From Mobula hypostoma (taxonomy: Eukaryota), in the NCBI RefSeq assembly GCF_963921235.1, contig NC_086097.1, positions 255,814,001 through 255,878,000 of the forward strand: DNA of 64,000 bases, in the 5' to 3' direction. Within the stretch, counting starts at the first letter, position 1. Each line of letters starts with the position of its first letter. Positions 40,601 through 52,799 of the stretch are shown in pieces. Below the pieces are notes generated by a model. The model did no database searches, had not been told where the DNA came from, and worked only from the letters and a program-made list of their open reading frames with translations. A program made the translations under genes and the position numbers.

Positions 40601-43600
40601 TTCCACGCACCCACCACTCTGGAAAACCCTCTGTACCTGCTTCAAAGCACCGTAAAACTATGCCCCCTCATGTTAACCATTTCAGGCCTAGGAAAAAGCC
40701 TCTGGCTATCCATATGATCAATGTCTCTCATCATCTTATACACTTCTATCAGGTCACCTCTCATCCTCTGTTGCTTCAAGGAGAAAAGGCCAAGTTCACT
40801 CAAACCATTCGCATAAGGCATGCTCTCCAATCCAGACCACATTCTTGTAAATCTCCTCTGCACACTTTCTATAGTATCTACATCCTTCCTGTACTGAGGT
40901 GACCAGAACTGAGCACATACTCCAAGTGGGGTCTGACCAAGGTCTTGTATAGCTGTAATATTATCTCATGGCTCTTCAACTCAGTCCCACAGTTGATGAA
41001 TGCCAACACACCATATGCCTGCTTAACAATCTACACAGCAGCTTTGAGTGTCCTGCGGACACGGACCCCAAGATCTCCGAGATGTCCAGTGTGGACACTG
41101 TCAAGAGTTTTACCATTATTATGGTGTCTTCAAATTATACCGACCAAAATGAACCACTTCACTCTTATCTGGGTTGAACTCCATCTGCCACTCCTCAGTC
41201 CAGTTCTGCATCCTATTCATGACCTGCTGTAACCTTTGACAACCCTCCAGACTATCCACAGCACCCCCCACTTTTGTATCATCAGCAAACTTACTCACCC
41301 AGCCTTCTGCTTCTTTATTCAGGTCATTTATATATATATATATATATTTTTTTTTAAGATTCACAAAGTATAGATCCCTGCAGAACACCACTAGTCACCA
41401 ACCTCCATGCACAATATGAACCATTCACAACCACCCTTTGTCTTCTGTGGTCAAGCCAATTCTGGATCCACAAAGCATGGTCTCCTTGGATCACATGCCT
41501 CCTTACTTTCCAAATGAGCCTTGCATGGGGAACCTTACCAGGATGCTGCCTGGTTTAGAGAGTATGCATTATGATCAGAGATTAAGGGAGCTAGGGCTTT
41601 ACTCTTTGGAGAGAAGGAGGATGAGAGGAGACATGATAGAGGTGTACAAGATAATAAGGGGAATAGATAAAGTGGATAGCCAGCGCCTCTTCCCCAGGAC
41701 ACCACTGCTCAATACAAGAGGACATGGCTTTAAGGTAAGGGGTGGGAAGTTCAAGGGGGATATTAGAGGAAGGTTTTTTACTCAGAGAGCGGTTGGTGCG
41801 TGGAATGCACTGCCTGAGTCAGTGGTGGAGGCAGATATACTAGTGAAGTTTAAGAGACTACTAGACAGGTATATGGAGGAATTTAAGTTGGGGGCTTATA
41901 TGGGAGGCAGGGTTTGAGGGTCGGTACAACATTGTGGGCCAAAGGGCCTGTACTGTGCTGTACTATTATATGTTCTATGCCTTACTGAAATCTATAGACA
42001 CTACATCCACTTCAACGTGTTTTATTACATCCTCAAATAATTCAATCAAGCTCATAAGGCACGACCCACCCTTAACAAATGCTCAAATTCTGCCTCTCAG
42101 GGTCTTCAACAACTTGCCCACCACTGAAACAGGACTCACTGGTCTACAATTTTCTGGGTTATCCCTACACCCTTTCCTGAACAAGGAAACGTTTGCAACC
42201 TTCCAATCCCCTGGTACTCCTCCCGTCCCTATTGATGTTAATTTCATTGCTAAAGGCTCAGCAATCTCCTCCCTCACTTCCCACAGTAGCCTGGGGTACA
42301 TCTCATCCAGTCCTGGTGACTTATCCAACAATGCTTTTCAAAAGCTCCAGCACATCCTCTTAATGTCTATATGCTCAAGCATTTCAGTCTACTGCAAGTC
42401 ATCCCTACAATTGCCAAGGTCTTTTTCCCCCCAGTGAACACTGAAGTACTCATTAAGTACCTCCGCTACATGCACGTTTCCGCTATCACATCTGATTGGT
42501 CTTATTCTCACACAGCTCATCCTCTTGCTCTTCACATACTTGCAGAATGCCTTGGGGTTTTCCTTAAGCCAGCTCACCAAAGCCTCCATGGCTCCTTTTA
42601 ACTCTAATTTCTGACTTGGACCCACAATGACTCAGTAGATAATCACTCTGACTTCCTCCTTTTCTGCAGCCATGACACTTATCCCTGATTAGCAATACCA
42701 CCTCTTTTGCCCCCCCCCACCCCCCATCCTTTTTGAAGCACATGAAACCTGGTACTCCACAGCCATTCTTGCCCCCGAGACATCCAAGTCACAACGTCAT
42801 AGTTCCACGTTGATCCATGCTCCAAATTCATCCGCCTTGTTTATGATACTCCTTGCATTAAAATGTACACACATCAAAACCATCACACTGAGTGCATCTT
42901 TGCACTATCATCTGCCTATCCTTCCTCAAACTCCCAACAAGTTTCCTGTACTTGTGTGCCAACCACCCCATCCTCTGCCTTTTCACTTCAGTTCCCACTC
43001 CCTTGCAAAACTAGTTTAAACCCTCCCCAATAGCATTAGCAAACTTCCCCACCAGGATATTGGCATCCCTCAGATTCAAATGCAACCCACCCTTTTTGTA
43101 CAGGTCACACCTGCCCCAGAAGAGGTCCCAATGATCCAGAAATCTGAATTGCTGCCCCGCTCCAATTCTTTAGCCACACATTTATTCGTCACCTCATTCC
43201 ATTCCTATCTTCACTGTTGTGTGGCACAGGCAGCAATCCCAAGATTCATACCCTGGACATCCTGCTTCCTTCCCAACCCCCTGTATTCTGCTTTCAAGAC
43301 CAACTTCCTTTTTCTACCAATGGCATTGGTACCAATACATACCATGACCTCCAGTTATCACTCTTCCATTTCAGGATATTGTGAATGCACTCAAAAACAT
43401 CATGAACCCTGGCAGCTGGGAGGCAAAGTCTTATCTCCTTACCTTGTCTAGGCCCATCCTCGCCAAAGCCCCACCACTCCAACAACTGCTCCACTAGGCA
43501 ATGTCTCCCTTTTATCCTGGAACCTTCCCAGTGGCCTTGTGCGATTATACTGTATTTGTGCACTTCTCCCAATTGAAGTTTGAGGGGAACACAAAGAGAA

Positions 43601-43810
43601 ACCTTCACTCAGAGTCATGATAGTGTACGAGCTTCCAGTGCAAATGGTGCATGCAACCTTGATTTCAATGTTTCAGAAAAGTTTGGATAGGTACATGGAT
43701 CAGAGGGATATGAGGGCTATGGTTGATAAGAGTAGGCAGTTTAATGGTCCAGTACAGACTGGATGGGCGGAATAGCCTGTTTCTATGCTGCAGTTCTCTA
43801 TGATTCTATG
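40600..43810. mobile_element. Mosaic of CR1 fragments (minus ~40600-41535, plus 3' end 41536-41978, minus ~41980-43470)
   Basis: RT and 3' motifs. 41536-41978 closely matches the family at 20930-21620 and 27373-27800 in opposite orientation. Confidence 0.75.
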
Positions 43811-44429
43811 GAAAAGTACTGTTAGCTTAGAGAGGAATTGCTTTGGAAAGTACAAGAAAACAAATCCACAGAAGGGAATTCAAGTCCACAGCCAAACAGT
43901 GGAAAATGGTGAAAAACTTTCTGGGGAAGGAGAGGTCATTATGGAGGTGTAGGCACCAAATGCATGGAAAAGTACCCATGTTAGGGGTTTTGAAGGGCAT
44001 GAAAAGGGGCATTTCCTTTGTTATGAGTGCAAGAGAGTGAGAAACAGAAAGAAAGAAAGCAGGCTGCATGTGATTGTCAGATATATGGTGCACTCCAAGT
44101 CAGCTTGCTTAGCAGATAAGTATTCTTTTGATTTCTGTACCACTACTGTTGGCATTTGTTTTTTCCTTTCTGTATTGCATTTGTGCTGGTCCTAATGAAG
44201 TATTTTCTTGTGGCCTTGAACAGACATGTCAGCTCCTCTGTTTGCAAATACATATGCAAATGTCCTGAACTGAACCAGGAAAGAACAGAAGGAAATTTAA
44301 AATCATTTTTACGTACAATGACCTGTAGAGTAACTGGTATTATACAAAATTCCAGCATTGCCTCAGTGCTCATGCACTTATACATCTTATTGACTTCCTT
44401 GTTCACCAAAGACATATGAAAATACACTT

Positions 44430-47400
44430 CAAAGGCAGGAGATTGAGACTAAGAGGGAAACTGCATCAGCCGTGATGAAATGGCAGAACAGACTCAATGG
44501 GCCAAATGGCCTAATTCTGCTCCTATATCTCATGGTCTTGCCTGAAATACCATGGGCTCTAAACTTGTTAAACAGCCTTGTGTCTTGCACCTTGCCAGAT
44601 CGTCTGAAAACCCAAGTACAAAACATCCACCAAATCTTCTTCATCAATCTTGATTGTTAATTTTTTCAAAGAATTCCAACAGATTCGTCAGGCAAGATTT
44701 TCCCTCAAGGAAACCATGCTGACTATGGCTAATTTTCTAGTCCATCAGAACGATGCTAGAATCTTAATTCATGAAAGATCATTGTCTCCATAACCTCTTT
44801 CAGAACCCTGGAGTGTACACCATTTGGTCCAGGTGACTTCTATACCTTCAGATCTTTCAGTTTCCCAAGAACCTTCTCAAGTAATGACAGCTTCATTCAC
44901 TTCTGTCCCCCAACATTCTTGAACTTCCAGCATACTGCTAGTGTCCTCAACAGTGAGCACCTATGCAAAATAACAATTTTGCCTCTGTCATTTCCTTGTC
45001 CACCATTACTACCTCTCCAGCATCATTTTCCAGCAGTCTGATATCCACTTTATCTAAAAGAACTTTTGGTATACCTTTAATATTATTGGATAGCTACCTT
45101 CATATTTGAGAAAATTTGCAGAAGCTGGAAATCCAAGCAAAACACAAAATGCTGGAGGTACTCAACAGGCCAGTCAGTATTCGTGATTTTTATAAATGAC
45201 CTGGATGAGGAAGTGGAGGGATGGGTTAGTAAATTTGCTGATGACACAAAAGTGGGGGGTGGGGCGGAGGGCGGTGTTGTGGATAGTGTAGAGGTCTGTC
45301 AGAGGTTACAGCGGGACATTGATAAGATACAAAACTGGGCTGAGAAGTGGCAGATGGAGTTCAACCATTGGTGGTTCATCTTATTAGGTCAAATATGATG
45401 GCAGAATATAGCATTAATGAAAAGACTCTTGGCAGTGGGGAGGATCAGGGAGACACTCAAAGCTGCTGCACAGGTTGACTCTGGTTAAGGTGGCATAGGG
45501 TGCATTGGCCTTCATCAATCGTGGGATTAAGTTTAAGAGCTGAGCAGTAATGTTGCTGCTATAAAGGATCCTGGTCAGACCCCACTTGGAGTACTGTGCT
45601 CAGTTCCGGTCACCTCACTACAGGAAGGATGTAGAAACCATAGAAAGGGTGCAGAGGAGATTTACAAGGATGTTGCCTGGATTGGGGAGCATGCCTTATG
45701 AGAACAGACTGAGTGAACTCGGCCTTTTTTCCTTGGAACGACAGAGGATGAGAGGTGACCTGAAAGAGGTGTATAAGATGAGAGGCATTGATCACATGGA
45801 TAGTCAGAGGCTTTTTCCCCAGGGCTGAATTGGCTAGCACGAGAGGGCACAGTTTTAAGGTGCTTGGAAGTAGTTACAGAGGAGATGTCAGGGGTAAGTT
45901 TTCCTTAAAAAACGCAGAGGTGAGTGCGTGGAATGGGCTGCCGGTGACACAGGATCTTTTAAGAGACTCTTGGATAGGTACATGGAGCTTTGAAAAATAG
46001 AGGGCTATGGGTAACCCTCGGTCATTTCTAAAGTACGTACATGTTCCATGTGGGCTAAAGGGCCTGTATTGATTGTGCTGTAGGTTTTCTATGTTTGTCT
46101 CAAGTGCTGCCTTTCTTTCTTTTGTCATTTTTTCAAAAACTCAAGTTTGGAAGACATGTAGGCTATCGCCCAAATCCACACTTTCTTAAATCCAAATACA
46201 TCCTTCACTCCAATTCTTCATTTTCCTACAACTGATGCAAAGCTCACTGGCCTTGGAGACAACTAAACAATACCATCTTGTTTTGCTGTCATCATTCTAT
46301 GGCACACGAGCATCCCTTTCCTGACCTCAGTATGCTCAACATCCTTCTCCTGGATAAATGCTGATGTAAAGTGCTCATTAACATCTTGCTCTCTGGCTCC
46401 AGGCACATGATAATGTACACAGCAGAATTAGACCATTCAGCCTACTGTCTGCTCCACCATTTGATCATGCTTGATTTTACCCCCTCAAAGTTCAAAAGTT
46501 CAAGTACATTTATTATCCAAGTATTTATACAGGCAGTCAAAACAAAAACTCATTTAAAAAAAGTGAAACACCCAATGTTTAAAAAAAAACAAACCATGCA
46601 AATAAAAGCAAATAATATTCAGAACTGAAGTTATGAAAGCATCCATGCCCTCAAAGCCAGTTTCAACCCTATTCACCAGCTTTCACAATTGTGTTTAATA
46701 TTTCAGTAATATTGTAAATATATTAAACATTTGTTTACACAATTCATAATAGGTTTGTAAAGATATATGAACAGTATACCTCATCACACCCGCACGTCAT
46801 GTGTGTGCCTCACTAAAATAAAATGAAGTACATGTTATTCCTAGATCCATGCTTTTCTTTCAATTAGTTTTGTGTTTGGGAGTTACAAGAATTAACACCC
46901 ATCATTTTTGACATCCTTACTAATCAAGAAACCATCAACCTCTACTTTAAGTATACCCCAATGCCTTGTTCTAAATGGATGTCCCTCTATTGAGGCTATG
47001 GCCTCTGGTCCTAGACCCCCCCCCCCAACCATAGGAAATATCTTCTCCATGTCCATTCTATCTAGGCCTTCATTATTTGGTAGATACATTCTGTCGTCTA
47101 GTAGTCCTATCTTTTGCCTTTTCAAGTATAAAAGGCTTGTAATTCTTACTTTCCAAGTACAATTTGTCTCCTTTTAGCCTTCCCAATACCATGCTTCACT
47201 TCTCTCCTGCCTTCCTAAGAGTCCATCTGATTCTAGATCACCAAAACTTGCTTTGCTTCTCTTGACTAAATTTTCAACATAAAAGATGCCAGATCTTTGC
47301 CATCTCATTGTTCCTGCATTGACCCACTGGTTTTTAAATGGTCCCCATGTTCAATTTACCTAGTAAAAGCTGCCTCCAAACTGCTGCTTCAGTTCCTGCC

Positions 47401-47470
47401 CAATAGTATCAGCATTAACCTTTCCCCAATCCTTAGTCTTCTTATCCATAACCATTTGAAAACTTAACAA
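44430..47470. mobile_element. Old CR1 fragments, including a plus-strand RT/3' piece at ~45180-46095
   Basis: INDLDEEVEGWVSKFADDTK and HLEYCAQF..RVQRRFTRML motifs. Penelope-like piece at ~45105-45175. Confidence 0.7.
46690..46897 (+). mobile_element. Possible solo LTR
   Basis: ~200-bp insert starting TGTG and ending AACA with an internal AATAAA, interrupting a CR1 3'UTR. No clear TSD. Confidence 0.3.
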
Positions 47471-47624
47471 ATTAACATTCACTCTGATCCCTCAATGTAT
47501 TCCAATAACTTATCCAAATTAAACTGAGCTGAACTTTCCCATCTCGAAACAGTTGAAATAATCAACTACAATTAAAGCTATTTGCTGCCCCACACTGTTT
47601 CACTAATTGCTAAAATATTATTAC

Positions 47625-49189
47625 CTCTATGGAATCTGAAGAGTAACGAGATTTTTTGTTTCTGCTTGTTCTGAGTGATTCTCTGGAAATCCTGCGACAT
47701 CGTCGCCATACATTGGACACTGAAGTCCCATGAGTTAAATGGTCCTTTTTCAAATCCTCTTTCTCAGACAAGGCATCACTACTGATATTCCAAGTAGCAG
47801 AGTTATTTCTGCAAACATGCTTTGCGCCTTTTCCTCTTAGAAGGTCTTTTCTGCAACCACTGCAAAATTGCTTTCTCTCAGAAAGGTGTTGGTTCTCTTT
47901 ACCGCCAACATCGTCACTGCAGGCAGAGGATGCTGGGCAGAAGGATGAAGAATAGGGATTGCACATCAAGTGAGAGTATGACACCTGCCTTTTTCCGTGT
48001 ATGACATCAAAGAGATCAAGTGACGATTCCTCATCCTTTGAGGAGATCTCTTCAAAAGATCCACTGGGGTCTCCTGGTTGATGTTGCAATGTTGGAGAAA
48101 GACCACTTTTACAGTAACTGCTTCTTGCTTTGTCTTGTAGCCATGCCAGGACACTTGCAGAAGGTATATATTCTTCAGCTGACTCAAGGGAAACATCACT
48201 TTTCAATAGCTCACACACCTTTTCTTCATTTAATGGCTCTGTTGAACTAATGGGCTCATTTTCTTTATTAGTTGCATTCTTCTCTTCCATTCCACATTGA
48301 CGAACAAGTCTACTTGGACTCCTGTGCAATGGAGACTTTTCAGACACCTCAGGCACAAACTCATTTGCTAGAAACTTGCAGCTTTTATTGTTTCTGCTGA
48401 GCAGGCTGTCCACTTTGCCAAGCCTGCCTGGGCAGCTCAAAGCCTCATCTTTCGTTCTAGTTTCAAACCCAGTTTCTGGAAATTTGTTTGAATCTTGCAA
48501 AATTCTTTGTGACTTGCTTGGAAGAGTACGTTCTTCTGGAACTTCAGTTTTCTTGATTATTTTGTCAGCTTCAAATGGGCCATAAAAGGGCACCCCACTA
48601 TCACAGGCACTAACAGACCAAACTTCACATTGAATACCATCTTCTACCTTTTTATTAGGTGTGTTATACAAGGGAACAGTTGCTTCAAATGACCTCCACA
48701 CATTGATTGAAGGTGCTCCTTCACTGCACTCTATCCTTATCTTTTCCTTTTGTAAAGCATAGCCACCTGTTTTGGTGCTCTTGGCTGTAACAGCTGTTTC
48801 TTCTGTCTCATTAGACTCTCCTTGTAATCCTTGTTGCAGGCCTCTTTCTTGGAGGATCTCAACAGGGTTAGAGGCTGATTCAGTACCAGGGGGCTGCTGG
48901 TCCCTTAGTACAGCTGCTTGACTGCTACATGCCGTAGTTTCAGTAACCACATCAGTCCTTTTGGGTTGGGTTGGATTGGTTTCACTTGTGTCTGTTTGGA
49001 CTTCTGAATTAGTCACATTTCTTCGGAAGGGATAGTGCCGGAATCGGGCAGAGTGATAAAACGCCGGTCGAGCGACAAAAGAATTAAAATAGGGTCTCCT
49101 CAAATTCGTGTGAGCCATTGGTGACTGTGGGCCATAGCTTCTTGGGAATGGCATGGGACACACAGGGTAATACAAACTACCACCAATTT
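47625..49189 (-). CDS. buc: Bucky ball / Velo1 homolog, large coding exon 2 (1565 nt)
   Basis: Uninterrupted non-TE ORF (47610..49208, 532 aa). Acceptor ttttgtctctcttcctgttag| is phase 1 and matches exon 1 (G+AA=Glu). Contains RRPYFNSFVARPAFYHSARFRHYPFRRNVTNSEVQTD (cf. recalled Xvelo RRPHFN..PMFYHATRFRHY..ETKETQTD) and FEEISSKDEE (cf. recalled Buc DELSSRDEM). Donor GAG|gtaata is phase 0. Confidence 0.9.
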
Positions 49190-50029
49190 CTAACAGGAAG
49201 AGAGACAAAAATTACTTTCATATAATCAATAATTAATCCCTACAAACAAATTGCAAGGTTCTTAATCCACACCACAATTCTACCTAGCATTTTGGGAACT
49301 GAAAATGCCAAGTAATTTTAAAGGAGACATTCCTTCACATAACAGTAACGTTTATGGCCAGCACCTAACAAACATTAAATTTAAACAAATCAGAAAGTCA
49401 AACAAAATGGTAACAAAAGGAGGCAAGTTGCAATGTCAAACAGATGTGACAATGGAAGAATTCAAATCAGAATTGCATCCCCTTAATGGAAAATTAGTCT
49501 GGCCACTACTTAATTAATTTTGGGATATGGATGTCACCAAAGTTAGCATTTACTACCTATCACTAGATGATGTTGGTCGAGTGTTAGTGACATAAAGCTC
49601 AAAAACCAACCTTGTAGAAGACACCATAACTATGCTTACTGTGCTTAATTTTATTCGTTACACTGGGTCCATTGTCTCAAGTGCTTTGAGGATTCAAGTA
49701 GTGCCTCAGATTCAGATGTTGTCCAAGTACATACCTCCATACATAGTTAACATCACCATCATGTTCTTGGTGAGAACAAAATCTTAACTGTTCGCCCTGT
49801 GTACTCAAACCCATCTCAGGTTTTAAATGTTTCAGTAATGGGATCAAGATTCTCACCATCCACCTCATCGATGAGTTGAAGGGCTTATTTCTGTGCAGGC
49901 AGCACGTGTCCAAATCCAGATGGTACTAGACACTGAATAGAATCTGCTGGCGCTTCAGAAAGATCCAACCATCCCACAAATGTATTTTGATACAGGTAAG
50001 TGGTGCAAATGGGCTTAGAAAAACTATCT

Positions 50030-50545
50030 GAATTTAGAACATCAAACCTAACAGCGGAATACAGGCTTTTTGCACAAAGTTGTGCCAACCTTAAACCTAT
50101 TCCAAGATCAATCTAACGCTTCCCTCCCACACAGCCCTCTATCTTTCTATCATCCATGTGCCCAAGAGTTTCTGAAATGACCCCGTGTAGTAGAGGTTTA
50201 TAAGATTGAGAGGCATAGATAGACAAGACAGACAATATCTTTTCCCCAGGGTTGAAGTGCCCATTGCTAGGGGGCATATATTTAAGGTGAGAGGTGCAAG
50301 TTCAAAACAGTTGAGGGGCAAAAGTTTTTTTTTTGAAAAAACTGAGTGCCTGGAATGTGCTACCAGGGTTTGTGGTAGAGTTAGATACTTTAGGGCTTTT
50401 AAGAGACATTTAGATAGGCACATGGATGTGAGGAAAATGAAAGATAAGGACATTGTGTGAGAGGAGATTACTTAGCCATTTGATTCCTAATTTAATTGGA
50501 TGAGCACATTGTGGGCAGAAAGGCCTGTTGCTGTGCCATGTTCTA
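50030..50545. mobile_element. Two short CR1 3'-end fragments in intron 1
   Basis: MRGIDRQDRQYLFPRVE..RGHIFKVRG..FKRHLDRHMD on plus. CR1 3'UTR on minus at ~50030-50190. Confidence 0.7.
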
Positions 50546-50689
50546 CCACCCCTGTCAGTGCAGATGACAGTGGGGGGGGGGGCCTGACCCAGAGGCAGCC
50601 AGTCTATATCAACATTTAAACGATGGACAGCGCAATGGGCATGACCCAATAAACACCAAGTCACCTTCCAGTTAAACAAATGACAAAGC

Positions 50690-52010
50690 TACGACCTACC
50701 TCCGGCCAAAGAGACGACCACTCCCTTTCGATTGTTTACACGACAGTACACTGATCGTCAGGAGTAAGAGTGGCGGTCCCAGACACTCAACCCAGAGCCC
50801 TTCACCTCCTGCATCCTCCCTTAACTACCAGTGCTGAACGCAGGTTAAAGGCTGAACTGAACCCGGGATAGAGCGGCGTTTATACAATTAATCCGTTGAT
50901 TATGAATCCACTGCAACAATTAAAATAAACGCATGAATCAAGCGATTAAAGTGACAGATGAAATTAACCGCTAGAGGAACTCAACGGGCCGAACAGCGTC
51001 GGTGATAGCAGAGGGACGTTCAACCGTATATGAGGCGAGTCTCGATGCAGCTGACCACCCCTCTGCCTCCACAGACACTGGGCAACCCACTGAGTGTTGT
51101 TTTGTACTCAAGATCCCAGCGCCTGTGGTTTCTCGTGTCACCAGCGTTTTAACCAACCATACATCTGCCATCTCACAGTTGCATGCGAATACACATCTCT
51201 CCTCTCAAAAATGTATGCGACGGCGAATCTACTCACCTACAGTCGGATAGAAGTACGGGTGGAAGGAGGGAGGGTGCATGAAATGAGACACGGGAGGTAC
51301 AAACATCTGTGGTGGCGGCAGTGGCTGGAAGAAGAAGGAGCGGTTCTGATTGGGCGGGAGGCCATCTTCCGTCCTCTGGTAGCTTGGTGAAGAATTCATA
51401 GCGACTCGTGACAAGCAAACAATTAAAGTTAAAATCCAACTATCTGGGATCCGTGGCAGATTCATCGGAGCTCCAACTGGAAAAAAAAGGTGAAATATAT
51501 AGAGAACTTCCAAACCCATTACTAAACACACTTCCACACAATAGGAAATAGGATTATTTTAAATATAAACACCTAGGAGCAATTCTGGTCGTGATTTTGA
51601 AACAGCAAACACACCATGTACTTCAAACTCCGTATTTAAACCAAAGACTAGAGAGAAATCAAATATCATTCGCTTTGGAAACCCCCCATCAGCCTGATCC
51701 TCGCACAGAACAACCTTCCCTACCTTGGTTCGCCGAGAACCGTGCATTTATCAATTAGCGGCAACAAGCAGCCAGTCAGGTGAATCCCCTAATTTCACTG
51801 ACAGCTCTGATTCTCCACTCCCTGCGCTTTATGCTGACCACTCCGATTTTATGCAGTAGTTATGGCTACGGCTTATTCCACAACTTTCTGGCGTTACTTT
51901 CGGACAAACGTGACGGTGGTGTAAATGTTCAACAGGTGTGGAAACTTTATGCCTTCTACTACCGAGAACTGCTTCTTGCCAACGGAAGTAACTGTGATTA
52001 GTTCAAACTA
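50690..52010 (-). promoter_or_regulatory. CpG-enriched 5' region / putative promoter and 5'UTR exon of buc/velo1
   Basis: TE-poor stretch with visibly more CpG than the flanks. Acceptor ttcaccttttttttccag| at 51477/51476 and donor AAG|gtaggg at 51724/51723 define a probable 5'UTR intron. E-boxes at 51777-51782 and 51933-51938, TAATTG (minus) near 51752-51757, and an ETS-like CGGAAGT near 51983. Confidence 0.45.
51237..51399 (-). CDS. buc: Bucky ball / Velo1 (Xvelo) homolog, first coding exon (start of BUVE / prion-like region)
   Basis: ATG at 51399 in gtcgctATGa context. Encodes MNSSPSYQRTEDGLPPNQNRSFFFQPLPPPQMFVPPVSHFMHPPSFHPYFYPTV, resembling the Xvelo/Buc N-terminus as I recall it (NQPRPYFYAQP / NHTRPFFYVQPP). 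Ends at a consensus donor AG|GTGAGT in phase 1. An in-frame upstream ATG at 51465 is an alternative start. Confidence 0.85.
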
Positions 52011-52799
52011 AGAGTAATTAGAAACAATTTCAGATTTTTATTTTGGATTTCCAGCCGCCACATTTTTTTCTGTCATCCATTTTATTCAATTGCCCCGTCA
52101 CTATGGTCAACATTTCTGATGATTGGATCTTGTGTAACTTTTCGTTGGACCTGCATTGTCTTGTACACCTCGTAACCCCTCCCTGCTGTACTGCTGGCAG
52201 TTCATCTTTAAATTGGTTTAAAGTTATAGTCATATAGAAGTACAGCACAGAAACAAGCCCTTCAGCCCATCTAGTCTGTGCTGAACCATTTAAACTGCAT
52301 CCTCCCATCAACCTGCACCTGCACCATAGTCCTCCACACCCAATCATTGTGTCATTGGCAAATCTGATGATCCAGTTAACCACATTATAACTTCAGATCA
52401 TTGATATAAATGACAAACAACAACAGATCCAGCAAACATCCTCGAGGCACTCTACTAGTCACAGGCCTCCAGTCAGAGAGGCAACATCTACTACCACTCC
52501 TTGGCTTCTCTCACAAAGCCAATGTCTAATCCAATTTACTACCTCATTTTGAATGTTGAATAACTGGACCTTATTAATCTACCTCCCATGTGGGAGCTTG
52601 CCTCCCAAGCCTCGCTAAAGTCCATCAACTGCCTTGCTTACATTAAGTTTCCTGGTAAATACCTCAAAAAACTCTATAAGATTGGTTAGACATGACTTTT
52701 CTGACCCACACTTAGCTATACTGATGATTCCTAATCCATCCATGTCCATCCAAATACTCATACATCTAGAACCTTACAATACCTTCCAATACCTTCCAA

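Noticed and set aside
47610..49208. Single-exon 532-aa gene as given by the ORF track
   Set aside because: It begins with TTG inside a polypyrimidine tract, and splice sites at both ends show it is an internal exon.
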